From the NCBI GenBank assembly GCA_021831595.1, contig JAKBMK010000022.1, positions 1 through 61,456 of the forward strand: a DNA stretch of 61,456 nt, in the 5' to 3' direction. A program made the translations under genes and the position numbers. The DNA is from a bacterium (GTDB taxonomy: Bacteria > Patescibacteriota > Minisyncoccia > Phycocordibacterales > UBA9973). This document shows, piece by piece, positions 10,469 through 19,188 of this stretch. Each line of letters opens with the position of its first letter. Position 1 is the first letter of the stretch. The notes below the pieces were generated by a model. It saw only the letters and a program-made list of their open reading frames with translations. It was not told where the DNA came from and did no database searches.

Positions 10469-10982
10469 TTTTATCCAAGGGGTCGTCTACTGTTATCTCT
10501 GATTCGGGAGCAGTGGTTCTATCCATTTTCAAATGCATTGGATGCTTCTTATCTACGACATAACTACCTAGAAACTTTTTGAATTCTTCTATGCGAGACT
10601 CTTCGTTGATCTCTACAAAGTGCTCGAATGGTTTACTTTCTGGAGTGAATTCATGATGTCCCCTTATCTCTCCGTCTTTGAAAACACGAAGGTGATACTG
10701 GTTATCGAAGTCTTCTAGCTTACGCCAAGAGAGCACCTGCCCTCTGTCATGCCAAGCTACGAAATGGTTGCCAAAGCCCCATTCTGTATGCAGATGCTTC
10801 TCAAGTTCTTCGAGTGTCTTACCTGGTGCAAGCCAGCCGATATGATAAGGCTGACGACCCTTCTCGTGCCAAACTAAATGCCATTTAAGAAAATGCTTCT
10901 GAACCCAAGGGAAATATTTATATAAATGCTTCCATATATTTTTCTTAATCTTTTGTGTTGTAGTTAATTCTTTCTTGTTCAT
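10443..10982 (-). CDS. hypothetical His/Trp-rich protein
   Basis: 179-aa ORF overlapping the next gene by 26 nt. No domain recognised. Confidence 0.45.
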   Translation of the reverse strand: MNKKELTTTQKIKKNIWKHLYKYFPWVQKHFLKWHLVWHEKGRQPYHIGWLAPGKTLEELEKHLHTEWGFGNHFVAWHDRGQVLSWRKLEDFDNQYHLRVFKDGEIRGHHEFTPESKPFEHFVEINEESRIEEFKKFLGSYVVDKKHPMHLKMDRTTAPESEITVDDPLDKNGRHHKYK

Positions 10983-10999
10983 ATTCTTTAATTTTAAAC

Positions 11000-11158
11000 T
11001 TATAAATTCCTATCCATTAAATTCTTGTCCATGTGGGACTCGGCGACCTTACGTTCAACAATCTTTTCCAGCTTTTTAGATGCAACATTAAAAATAATTA
11101 TATTGCCTATGATAATTATAGATATCAAGAACCATGTTTTATTGAACTGTGGTTTCAT
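11000..11158 (-). CDS. small hypothetical membrane protein (52 aa), leaderless-type start
   Basis: Below the ORF-track size cut-off. My translation is MKPQFNKTWFLISIIIIGNIIIFNVASKKLEKIVERKVAESHMDKNLMDRNL. TATAAT (11165-11170, minus strand) lies exactly 6 nt before the ATG. Confidence 0.4.
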   Translation of the reverse strand: MKPQFNKTWFLISIIIIGNIIIFNVASKKLEKIVERKVAESHMDKNLMDRNL

Positions 11159-11197
11159 ACCGATATTATATACTAAAAAGTATTTTTATAAAAACAA

Positions 11198-11221
11198 AGA
11201 GCTATCCCGAAAGATAGCTCT
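11198..11221 (-). terminator. rho-independent terminator after the dksA-like gene
   Basis: AGAGCTATC-ccgaaa-GATAGCTCT: 9-bp stem, followed on the minus strand by TTGTTTTT. Confidence 0.7.
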
Positions 11222-11242
11222 TTTAATGGTGTTTAACGCAAA

Positions 11243-11680
11243 TCAGTTATGATTCTTTGTTTCAACACACTTTGTGGCCCCGGGCGTGCATTTTAAGCGC
11301 GCCTCGCTGATGAGTTTGCCGTTACACTTTGGGCAGTGACACTGTCCAAAGGTTTTGTTGCCAATACGGATAAGAGCAAATTCTAATACTTTGATGAAAT
11401 CCTTCTGGCGTTGCATCAGTTTCCCTTGCTCTTCTTTAGAAAGCGTTTCCTGACCTTCCTCTAGGACTTTGAAAGTCGGCGAGGTATCGGCGGTATCGTT
11501 GCTCTCCTTTTTGTTGATCTCTAAGGTCTTCTTTGCTTGGTCAATCTTACCAAGAATTATTTCCTTAAACATCTCCAGTTTAGCATCTGAATACCTGACT
11601 AAAGTTCCTTCAGCTGGAACCTCTAGAACATCAACTTCTAATCCTTCGTTGAGTTCTCCATCTTTAACGGTTTGACTCAT
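11243..11680 (-). CDS. DksA/TraR-family C4 zinc-finger protein
   Basis: 145 aa. Coiled-coil N-terminal part and a C-terminal CHCPKC...(17 aa)...CTPGATKC four-Cys finger. Confidence 0.65.
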   Translation of the reverse strand: MSQTVKDGELNEGLEVDVLEVPAEGTLVRYSDAKLEMFKEIILGKIDQAKKTLEINKKESNDTADTSPTFKVLEEGQETLSKEEQGKLMQRQKDFIKVLEFALIRIGNKTFGQCHCPKCNGKLISEARLKCTPGATKCVETKNHN

Positions 11681-11771
11681 TTTTCAAAAAATTTAAAACA
11701 AGACTTTTCAGTCTTGCTAGTTAATACTATTATTTTCATTTATATAATACACCACTAAAATAACTTTGTCA

Positions 11772-11810
11772 AAAGAGCCCCTGGAAGATCAAATCTTCCA
11801 GGGGCTCTTT
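11772..11810 (-). terminator. strong hairpin terminator
   Basis: AAAGAGCCCCTGGAAGAT-caa-ATCTTCCAGGGGCTCTTT: 18-bp perfect stem, 16 nt downstream of the small minus-strand ORF. Confidence 0.75.
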
Positions 11811-11825
11811 GTAATAATTCAAGAA

Positions 11826-12002
11826 TTAAAAAGCTATCCAGTGTGCCAAATATGCGATGAACAAGATTGCTGCAAGCATTCCCAAAATATATTGATACTT
11901 AGAGAGAACTGCTATAGCAACCACAGCAATAATTGCTTTCACTGCACCCATAGCTAAAACTGAAGCCCAAATAGTTTGTATAAAATTTTGTATTGTTTCC
12001 AT
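11826..12002 (-). CDS. small hypothetical membrane protein (58 aa)
   Basis: My translation is METIQNFIQTIWASVLAMGAVKAIIAVVAIAVLSKYQYILGMLAAILFIAYLAHWIAF, with two predicted TM helices. It is followed by the 11772-11810 terminator. The plus-strand ORF 11766-11957 in the track is its antisense shadow. Confidence 0.45.
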   Translation of the reverse strand: METIQNFIQTIWASVLAMGAVKAIIAVVAIAVLSKYQYILGMLAAILFIAYLAHWIAF

Positions 12003-12120
12003 CCCGTACGAAGCAGATTACGATCTTTATTTTATTTAAAAAACCAAATCTGCATAATTTAAATTATAATAATTAAATAACTTAATATCTTAATCCCGTG
12101 ATCGTAGCTTCGTACGGGAT
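12001..12120. repeat. 120-bp inverted-repeat element (21-bp arms around an AT-rich core)
   Basis: ATCCCGTACGAAGCagatTACGATC (12001-12025) pairs with GATCGTAGCTTCGTACGGGAT (12100-12120). That gives 14 + 7 perfect bp with a 4-nt bulge. Confidence 0.6.
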
Positions 12121-12150
12121 CCATGGTTATATTGTATCACAAACTATTTT

Positions 12151-13449
<1,299 letters not shown>

Positions 13450-13514
13450 TTAATTAATAATTTAACTTCGTAAGGTCATTTTAGCATAAAATGCCAATTT
13501 CCCGAAAACCAAAA

Positions 13515-13537
13515 ATCGTGAGGCCTTACCTCACGAT
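13515..13537 (-). terminator. rho-independent terminator
   Basis: ATCGTGAGG-cctta-CCTCACGAT: 9-bp stem overlapping the TGA stop of 13531-13935. TTTTT follows on the minus strand. Confidence 0.7.
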
Positions 13538-13935
13538 TTATTTTCTTTTTGATAATTCTTTATTAATTCTATATCCTTGAAATCCTTTTCTCTTCCCAGT
13601 GCAGTTTTGAATTTAATAAGCTCATTTAAATTCATAAAAGGAATCCCCTCTATAAATAAAGCACTAGATATTGCCTCTTCTACAGTAGTAGTATATTTTT
13701 CCCAATTTAACTGGGGAATAATATCAAAACCTTCTCTGTTAAGAAAAATTCTATTGTATTTTTCTACTTCTTCCCATTCACCAGCCCCTCTCATTTCATC
13801 AAATAATTTTTTTGTAACAGCTATATCTATATCCGAAGCTTTTCTTATACCTAATACATCAAGAACACTACCGGAAACAATCACATATTGACCTCTGGGT
13901 AAATTTAATTCTTTGATTTTGTTTATAATATTCAC
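13531..13935 (-). CDS. hypothetical protein, possibly nucleotidyltransferase-fold
   Basis: 134 aa. GSVLDVLGIRKASDIDIAV resembles the GS...DxD motif of minimal nucleotidyltransferases. The assignment is weak. Confidence 0.4.
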   Translation of the reverse strand: MNIINKIKELNLPRGQYVIVSGSVLDVLGIRKASDIDIAVTKKLFDEMRGAGEWEEVEKYNRIFLNREGFDIIPQLNWEKYTTTVEEAISSALFIEGIPFMNLNELIKFKTALGREKDFKDIELIKNYQKENKS

Positions 13936-13961
13936 AAATTCATTATATCAAATTTTGATCT

Positions 13962-14060
13962 AGCAAGAACGGTTCTTGCTATATCAAGAACCGTTCTTGC
14001 GAATTTTCTTGCAAATTTTTTAATCTAGGTAGCAAATGAGTTCATATTAAAAACGGTTCT
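13962..14060. promoter_or_regulatory. array of CAAGAAC-N-GTTCTTG palindromes (candidate operator sites)
   Basis: AGCAAGAACgGTTCTTGCT (13962-13980), CAAGAACcGTTCTTG (13986-14000) and a half site ACGGTTCTTG (14052-14061). All lie upstream of the minus-strand gene that starts at 13935. Confidence 0.45.
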
Positions 14061-14065
14061 TGTGA

Positions 14066-14102
14066 ATCTAAAACACCTCAGATCTTCTGAGGTGTTTTAG
14101 AT
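14066..14102. terminator. long hairpin terminator
   Basis: ATCTAAAACACCTCAGA-tct-TCTGAGGTGTTTTAGAT: 17-bp stem, 12 nt downstream of the stop of 14114-14809. Confidence 0.7.
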
Positions 14103-14113
14103 TTAAGTTAAAA

Positions 14114-14809
14114 TTATTCAAACATTTTTGCAAACCAACCGAACAAACTAAACTTCTGTGCATTAACGTCTAAAAAGTTAGTAACCTTAGCCTGTTGTTG
14201 CTTTAGATTTGAAATTTGATCTTGAAGAACTTTTTTAGTATCAACGTTGGTAGTTTGATCTACTATTTTTGAAAGTTGTTCTATCTGATTATCAGTTTTA
14301 GCAATTTCACTTCTTAATTGACCAATGGTTCTATAATCAGTACCAATCAAAAATGTCTTGAACTTACTTCTCTCTTTAATCTTCTCTATTTTATCTGCAA
14401 TATCATTTTTATTACCATCCTGCTCTTTGGCAATATTCTTGATTTGTTCTCCTCTTGTACCCTTTTCTTTATCAGCAACATTAAGAAGGCCTTGAACAAA
14501 ATCAGATACTACGCTTTTGTGTTCCTCTGTATCTATCTCATCTTTTTCTGTATCGGAAGACTCATCCTTATCGTTTTTATCTTCATCAATGTTTTCATCT
14601 TGGTCATTTTCTTTGTCTTGATTCTTGATGTTATCTCCGGGGTGACTATCCTCATTATCACCGACGTCTTCTTTGTCTTGTTCAGAAGTCACTTGGCTCC
14701 CCCTACTTCCTTCGTAAGAAGATTTATCATCGGCCTTTGCAAAAGACACAGCTAGACCAAAAACCATAAACACAACAACCAAAATTCCAACTAATTTTAT
14801 TTTATTCAT
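14114..14809 (-). CDS. secreted acidic coiled-coil hypothetical protein
   Basis: 231 aa. Signal-peptide-like N-terminus, a D/E/K-rich low-complexity region and a C-terminal coiled coil. Confidence 0.55.
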   Translation of the reverse strand: MNKIKLVGILVVVFMVFGLAVSFAKADDKSSYEGSRGSQVTSEQDKEDVGDNEDSHPGDNIKNQDKENDQDENIDEDKNDKDESSDTEKDEIDTEEHKSVVSDFVQGLLNVADKEKGTRGEQIKNIAKEQDGNKNDIADKIEKIKERSKFKTFLIGTDYRTIGQLRSEIAKTDNQIEQLSKIVDQTTNVDTKKVLQDQISNLKQQQAKVTNFLDVNAQKFSLFGWFAKMFE

Positions 14810-14978
14810 AATTTATAATAATTTATTAAGTTAATAATAGACCCACACTACATAAGACGAAGCTCAAGTGAGTTTCTTACACTTCTTAAGCTTATCACTT
14901 TTTAATTATACCACAAAATATACTAAGTAAATACAATATGGTATAATTGTATATTATAAATCTAACTAATAAAATTTT

Positions 14979-15377
14979 ATGATGAAAGAATTCAAACAAT
15001 TTCTACTTCGTGGAAACGTCGTCGACTTGGCAGTCGGTGTCGTCATCGGTGCAGCCTTTGGAACGATAGTCACATCTTTGGTGACGGATATACTCACTCC
15101 CCTTATCGGTGCCATCGCAAAAGTTCCAAACTTTGATGGATTAGTTTTTACAATTAATGACAGCATCTTCAAGTATGGTCACTTCTTGAATGCTTTAATA
15201 TCCTTCCTATTGGTTGCGGGAGCGGTCTTCTTCTTTGTCGTCAAACCAGTGAATGTCCTCATTAGTCGCTCTCGCAATGAGCCCCCAGCAGATCCTACGA
15301 CCAAGAAGTGCTCGCAGTGTTTGAGCGAAATCCCTATCGAAGCCAAAAGATGCTCCCACTGTACAGAACTAGTTTAA
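14979..15377 (+). CDS. mscL: large-conductance mechanosensitive channel MscL with C-terminal CxxC...CxxC tail
   Basis: 132 aa. FKQFLLRGNVVDLAVGVVIGAAFG is the canonical MscL TM1. The tail is CSQC...CSHC. Confidence 0.9.
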   Translation: MMKEFKQFLLRGNVVDLAVGVVIGAAFGTIVTSLVTDILTPLIGAIAKVPNFDGLVFTINDSIFKYGHFLNALISFLLVAGAVFFFVVKPVNVLISRSRNEPPADPTTKKCSQCLSEIPIEAKRCSHCTELV

Positions 15378-15387
15378 TATTTTAATC

Positions 15388-15403
15388 TGCGGAGGCGGTG
15401 AGA
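15388..15403. repeat. orphan copy of the tRNA-Ser 3' end (putative distal att site of the island)
   Basis: TGCGGAGGCGGTGAGA is identical to 47339-47354. There is no tRNA body next to it. Confidence 0.7.
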
Positions 15404-15449
15404 ACGTGAGTACACTTTTCGAATTTTACATATTCTGTACACCTTTCGC

Positions 15450-15477
15450 GTGATTTTAAATATTAATTTAAAATCAC
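15450..15477. promoter_or_regulatory. perfect 12-4-12 palindrome in the island arm
   Basis: GTGATTTTAAAT-atta-ATTTAAAATCAC. Nearby are GTACAC motifs at 15408-15415 and 15437-15442, plus an inverted copy at 15575-15582. Confidence 0.4.
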
Positions 15478-15540
15478 AAGCTCAAGGTTTTCTCATCTCA
15501 CACGCAAGCAAAGCAGTTTGCTTGCTCGCCTCTGCCCAAC

Positions 15541-15612
15541 AAAAAAGACCCTGACGGGTCATTTTGTACGAGCGGTGTACTCGGGTATGGTACCCGTGGG
15601 TGCAACCCTTGT
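15541..15612 (-). ncRNA. candidate ~70-nt small RNA (promoter + terminator, no ORF)
   Basis: A minus-strand extended -10 TGCTAAAAT (15619-15627) is followed by GC-rich hairpins (CGGGTA-cca-TACCCG) and then a GACCC-gtca-GGGTC + T6 terminator (15541-15560). Confidence 0.25.
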
Positions 15613-15707
15613 AAGGACATTTTAGCATCTTTTTGAGAGTAAGACTAAGGTTTGTGGGTCGCTATGTGTAAATGCCAACAAATGCCAATTTTTGGTATAA
15701 TACGAAT

Positions 15708-16403
15708 ATGAAAATGACAGTCGGCGAATTAGTAGCAAAACAAATGAAAGAAGATAAGAGTTCTTTAACCCTACCAAATGGGCTTCTTCCTCCTGGGGCT
15801 AAAGAGGCTCTAGTATCGATTGCCGATATGAAGAAAAAGATAGAAGAACCACTTAGAAAACAACTTGAAATGGCAAAATTGGCATATGGTAGTATAGCTC
15901 CGCATTTAGATAGAATAGCTGAAATGAATAAGATAGTTCAAGAAAATTACATTATTCCACAAAGAAGGATTCAAGAAGTAAGAATTGTTAATTCTGAAGA
16001 ACTAGGAATCAGATCAAACAGAAAGGAAAATAATGTAGTTGTTGCATCATATCTGTTGCCTAAAAATGCTAATTGGGAAAGTTTAAGCATTCAATTTTTA
16101 GATGGGCATGTTGTTAATGTTTCTTATTCAGGAATGAAATCACAAAAGTTTGATTTTAAAGATATGGGCTTTATGAACATGAAGACGAACAAACCAGATT
16201 TAAAATGGGAATTACTCCGAGCAATTGCGGAAAATAGTGGAGCATTAACTAAGTCTAAATGGAACAGAAAATTTGGGCGAAACGTTAAATATGAACTCAA
16301 TGAGAGATTAAAGAAATTTTTTGGTATGGATTCAAATCCTATTTCTCACTACACTAAAAAAGGAGGATATCGAGCCACTTTTTCTCTCACAGAAGTTAAA
16401 TAG
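15708..16403 (+). CDS. hypothetical protein (first island gene)
   Basis: ORF 15672-16403 trimmed to the ATG at 15708, because TGGTATAAT (15693-15701) lies 6 nt upstream of it. No domain recognised. Confidence 0.55.
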   Translation: MKMTVGELVAKQMKEDKSSLTLPNGLLPPGAKEALVSIADMKKKIEEPLRKQLEMAKLAYGSIAPHLDRIAEMNKIVQENYIIPQRRIQEVRIVNSEELGIRSNRKENNVVVASYLLPKNANWESLSIQFLDGHVVNVSYSGMKSQKFDFKDMGFMNMKTNKPDLKWELLRAIAENSGALTKSKWNRKFGRNVKYELNERLKKFFGMDSNPISHYTKKGGYRATFSLTEVK

Positions 16404-16515
16404 TCATTGGGTGTTAAATGACGATAAAGGGACTTTTTCTTGTTTAAGTAAAAGTCCCTTTATATTTCAGCTATTTCTAATGTCTATTGAATAGAAATAA
16501 AAAGAAATTGTCATT

Positions 16516-17874
16516 TTGTCATTCAATGACGAATATGTTTTAGGGAAGAAGCTAAGAACCTTCCCCGAAGAACATATTATGAAAAAGCAAAAGTTAGTAT
16601 GGTCAGTTACTTCTCGTAAAGTAAGTGACTTAGTAAAAAACGGATACAATCCGAGAAAATTAGGTGAGGGTGAAAAAAGAGACTTAGAAAAGTCTATAAA
16701 GGAATTTGGAGCAGTAGTTCCTGTTATCCTTAATATCGGCTCTAGGTCTAATATTCTTATTGGTGGTGAACAGCGTGTAAAAGTCTATGCTGATCTTGGC
16801 ATAGAAGATGTTGAGTGTATGATACCTTCTCGAGAGTTAACATTAGAGGAAGAAAAAGAACTCAATTTGAGACTAAATAAAAACACTGGATCATGGGATG
16901 AAGAGCTTCTAAAAGAGTTCGAAATGGATATGCTTCTTAATGTTGGTTTTGGAGACGAAGAATTACAAAATCTTTTTGATGATGTAGATCTTGTTGAGGA
17001 TGATTTTGATATTGAAAAAGCTATTAAAGAAACCATTAATCCAAAAGTAAAAATTGGCGAGATATGGGAACTTGGAAAACATAGGTTGCTTGTGGGCGAC
17101 TCCACTGACATAACTTCTGTACAAAAGCTAATGGATAGTGACCTTGCAGACATAATCTACTGTGATCCCCCATATAACATTGGATTGGACTATTCAAAGG
17201 GTGTTGGTAATAAAGAAAAATATCAAGGTTCGTATTCTGCTAAAGATGACTCCAAAAAAGATTCTGATTACATGGATTTTTTAGATAAGAGTATGGAAGT
17301 AGCTAAAATCATAGCTAAGAAAAATTCACATTTCTTTTATTGGTCTGATTCTTCATATCTCTGGATGACTCAGGAATTATACAAAAAGAATGATATTCAA
17401 AATAAAAGAGTTTGCCTATGGTTGAAAAATAATCAGAATTGCACCCCTAAGATTGCCTTTAATAAAGTCTATGAACCTTGTGTTTATGGGGTTATTGGTA
17501 AACCTTATATTAACCCTAACATGAATAATGCCAATGAAATTCTTAATCAAGAAATAACAACCGGCAATCAAGCTCACGATGAGATACTTGAAATGATAGA
17601 TATCTGGATAGAAAAAAGAGACAGTGCTCAATCATATCAACATCCTACTCAAAAACCTGTCACCTTAAATGAAAAACCTCTTAAACGTTGTAGTGCACCT
17701 ATGCATATTGTATTCAGTGGCTTCGGTGGAAGCGGTAGTGATTTAATTGCATGCGAAGAACTTGGTAGATGTTGGCGTGGGGTCGAAAAAGATTTAATCT
17801 TCGCAACTATCATCATAGACAGATGGGAAAAATTTACCAACCTTAAGGCAAAGAAAATTTATGAAAATAAATAA
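16516..17874 (+). CDS. ParB/Srx-like N-terminal domain fused to an N4/N6 DNA methyltransferase (beta class)
   Basis: 452 aa. NPRKL...GAVVPVILN...LIGGEQR is ParB-nuclease-like. DPPYN (motif IV), HPTQKPV and FGGSGS (motif I) follow. An alternative ATG start at 16579 (MKKQKL) is at least as likely as the TTG at 16516. Confidence 0.85.
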   Translation: MSFNDEYVLGKKLRTFPEEHIMKKQKLVWSVTSRKVSDLVKNGYNPRKLGEGEKRDLEKSIKEFGAVVPVILNIGSRSNILIGGEQRVKVYADLGIEDVECMIPSRELTLEEEKELNLRLNKNTGSWDEELLKEFEMDMLLNVGFGDEELQNLFDDVDLVEDDFDIEKAIKETINPKVKIGEIWELGKHRLLVGDSTDITSVQKLMDSDLADIIYCDPPYNIGLDYSKGVGNKEKYQGSYSAKDDSKKDSDYMDFLDKSMEVAKIIAKKNSHFFYWSDSSYLWMTQELYKKNDIQNKRVCLWLKNNQNCTPKIAFNKVYEPCVYGVIGKPYINPNMNNANEILNQEITTGNQAHDEILEMIDIWIEKRDSAQSYQHPTQKPVTLNEKPLKRCSAPMHIVFSGFGGSGSDLIACEELGRCWRGVEKDLIFATIIIDRWEKFTNLKAKKIYENK

Positions 17875-18610
17875 AGGAGGAATCTATAAGGTTGGGAATC
17901 ATGTGATCGGGTGTGGTGATTCCACAGACCAAGTATTTGTGTCTAAGGTAATTGGAAAAAATAAAATACGAGCCATTATTGCTGATCCACCCTACGGTGT
18001 TGCGTATGTAGAAAATAAAAAAGGATTTGCAAAACTCGGTGTTAAAGATGAGAAAATAATTGCAGGCGACCATATCCAAAGTGAAGATGACTATGAAGAA
18101 TTCACTAGAAAATATCTAGGTGCAGTTGTTCCATATTTAGAAGAATATAATGCGTGTTACATATTTAATGCGGATCCAATGTTTCCATCACTTCGTATTG
18201 GTATGAAAAATGCAGGTTTTTATTACAGCCAAATGCTCATTTGGATTAAAAACCAACCTGTGATGAGTCGGAAAGATTACCTGTCGCAATATGAGCTCAT
18301 AGCATATGGATGGTTTGGTAAACATAAGACGGAAAGATCTAAAGCTAAAAATGTCATATATTATCCAAGACCAAATAAATCTAAACTTCACCCAACTCAA
18401 AAACCAATTGGTTTGCTTCGTAAAATTATTCCTGACAATACATCCATAGGAGATATTATTTATGATCCATTTTTAGGAAGTGGTTCTACTGCTATTAGTG
18501 CTGAACATTTAGGTCGAAAATGTATTGGTATAGAGATAGATGAGGGGTATGTATCTATTGTACTTCAGCGACTAGAAAAATTGACTGGAGATAAACCAGT
18601 TAAATTATAA
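17861..18610 (+). CDS. N4/N6 DNA methyltransferase (beta class)
   Basis: 249 aa. DPPYG, HPTQKPIGL and DPFLGSGST. Overlaps the previous gene by 14 nt. Confidence 0.85.
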   Translation: MKINKGGIYKVGNHVIGCGDSTDQVFVSKVIGKNKIRAIIADPPYGVAYVENKKGFAKLGVKDEKIIAGDHIQSEDDYEEFTRKYLGAVVPYLEEYNACYIFNADPMFPSLRIGMKNAGFYYSQMLIWIKNQPVMSRKDYLSQYELIAYGWFGKHKTERSKAKNVIYYPRPNKSKLHPTQKPIGLLRKIIPDNTSIGDIIYDPFLGSGSTAISAEHLGRKCIGIEIDEGYVSIVLQRLEKLTGDKPVKL

Positions 18611-18614
18611 ATGT

Positions 18615-18989
18615 ATGAACGAGGAAGACTTCACAAAAGATCCATACAAAAAACAAACATATGAGACATATGCTCTTTGGAAGTCCCTCCCTTCTTTTCT
18701 TAAAGGGCAACCAAGAGTAGCTCTTGAGAAATTTGGAATAAGCGAAGAAATAATATTTGATCTTTTATCAATAAAAACTCAAGCTGAATTTTCAAAGAAA
18801 TATTACATTGATGTTGGAACACTTACCGATTGGAATAAAAGATTAGAAAAAGATGGTCTTACTAAAGATATTAATAGTTGGGCTAGGAAGTTAACTCCAA
18901 ATGTTATCTTTGCTCTTTATAAAAATATAACCAAGAACGGCAGGGCTCATGAAGTGAGAGCTTGGTACGAATTAATTGAAAATAACTAA
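18615..18989 (+). CDS. small hypothetical protein with probable helix-turn-helix (terminase-small-subunit-like feel)
   Basis: 124 aa. AEFSKKYYIDVGTLTDWNKR looks like an HTH. Starts 5 nt after the MTase stop. Confidence 0.35.
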   Translation: MNEEDFTKDPYKKQTYETYALWKSLPSFLKGQPRVALEKFGISEEIIFDLLSIKTQAEFSKKYYIDVGTLTDWNKRLEKDGLTKDINSWARKLTPNVIFALYKNITKNGRAHEVRAWYELIENN

Positions 18990-18990
18990 T

Positions 18991-19185
18991 ATGGAAAACA
19001 TTAACTTAAATGAAATAAATACAATTCTCTCTGATACTCTTCGAAAAGTAATAAGTAAAGAAATATCGCTAAAGAAAGCAAGTATGATAGCAAAACTTGC
19101 CTCGACACTTTCAAAGAATATCGTGAATGTTGAATTGAAGGATAGAGTCGAATTTCTTGAACAAGCACTTAAAACAAGACGATAA
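18991..19185 (+). CDS. small coiled-coil hypothetical protein
   Basis: ORF 18976-19185 trimmed to the ATG at 18991 (MENINLNE...), 2 nt after the upstream stop. Confidence 0.4.
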   Translation: MENINLNEINTILSDTLRKVISKEISLKKASMIAKLASTLSKNIVNVELKDRVEFLEQALKTRR

Positions 19186-19188
19186 TAT

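Noticed and set aside
13470-13487. 18/19-nt similarity GTAAGG(T/A)CATTTTAGCAT between 13470-13487 and 15611-15628, considered as direct repeats flanking a 2-kb mobile segment.
   Set aside because: The shared core ATTTTAGCA is the reverse complement of an extended -10 box (TGCTAAAAT). It also occurs at 24502-24510 in front of another minus-strand gene, so promoter similarity explains it better than a transposition scar.
13531-13533. Possibility of an alternative genetic code (UGA = Gly, as in Gracilibacteria/SR1).
   Set aside because: TGA here ends a gene and is embedded in its rho-independent terminator. The conserved proteins (enolase, FtsH, RecG, CopA) are full length with the standard code.
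13962-14000. GAAC...GTTC palindromes as LexA (Cheo-box) sites.
   Set aside because: The Cheo box has GAAC-N4-GTTC spacing. Here the half sites are separated by a single base, so the LexA interpretation is unsupported.
15388-15420. A possible complete second tRNA or tRNA pseudogene at the left island border.
   Set aside because: Only the 16-nt 3' segment matches. There is no T-stem partner (CTCAC occurs twice but GTGAG-loop-CTCAC is absent), no anticodon arm and no 5' acceptor strand.
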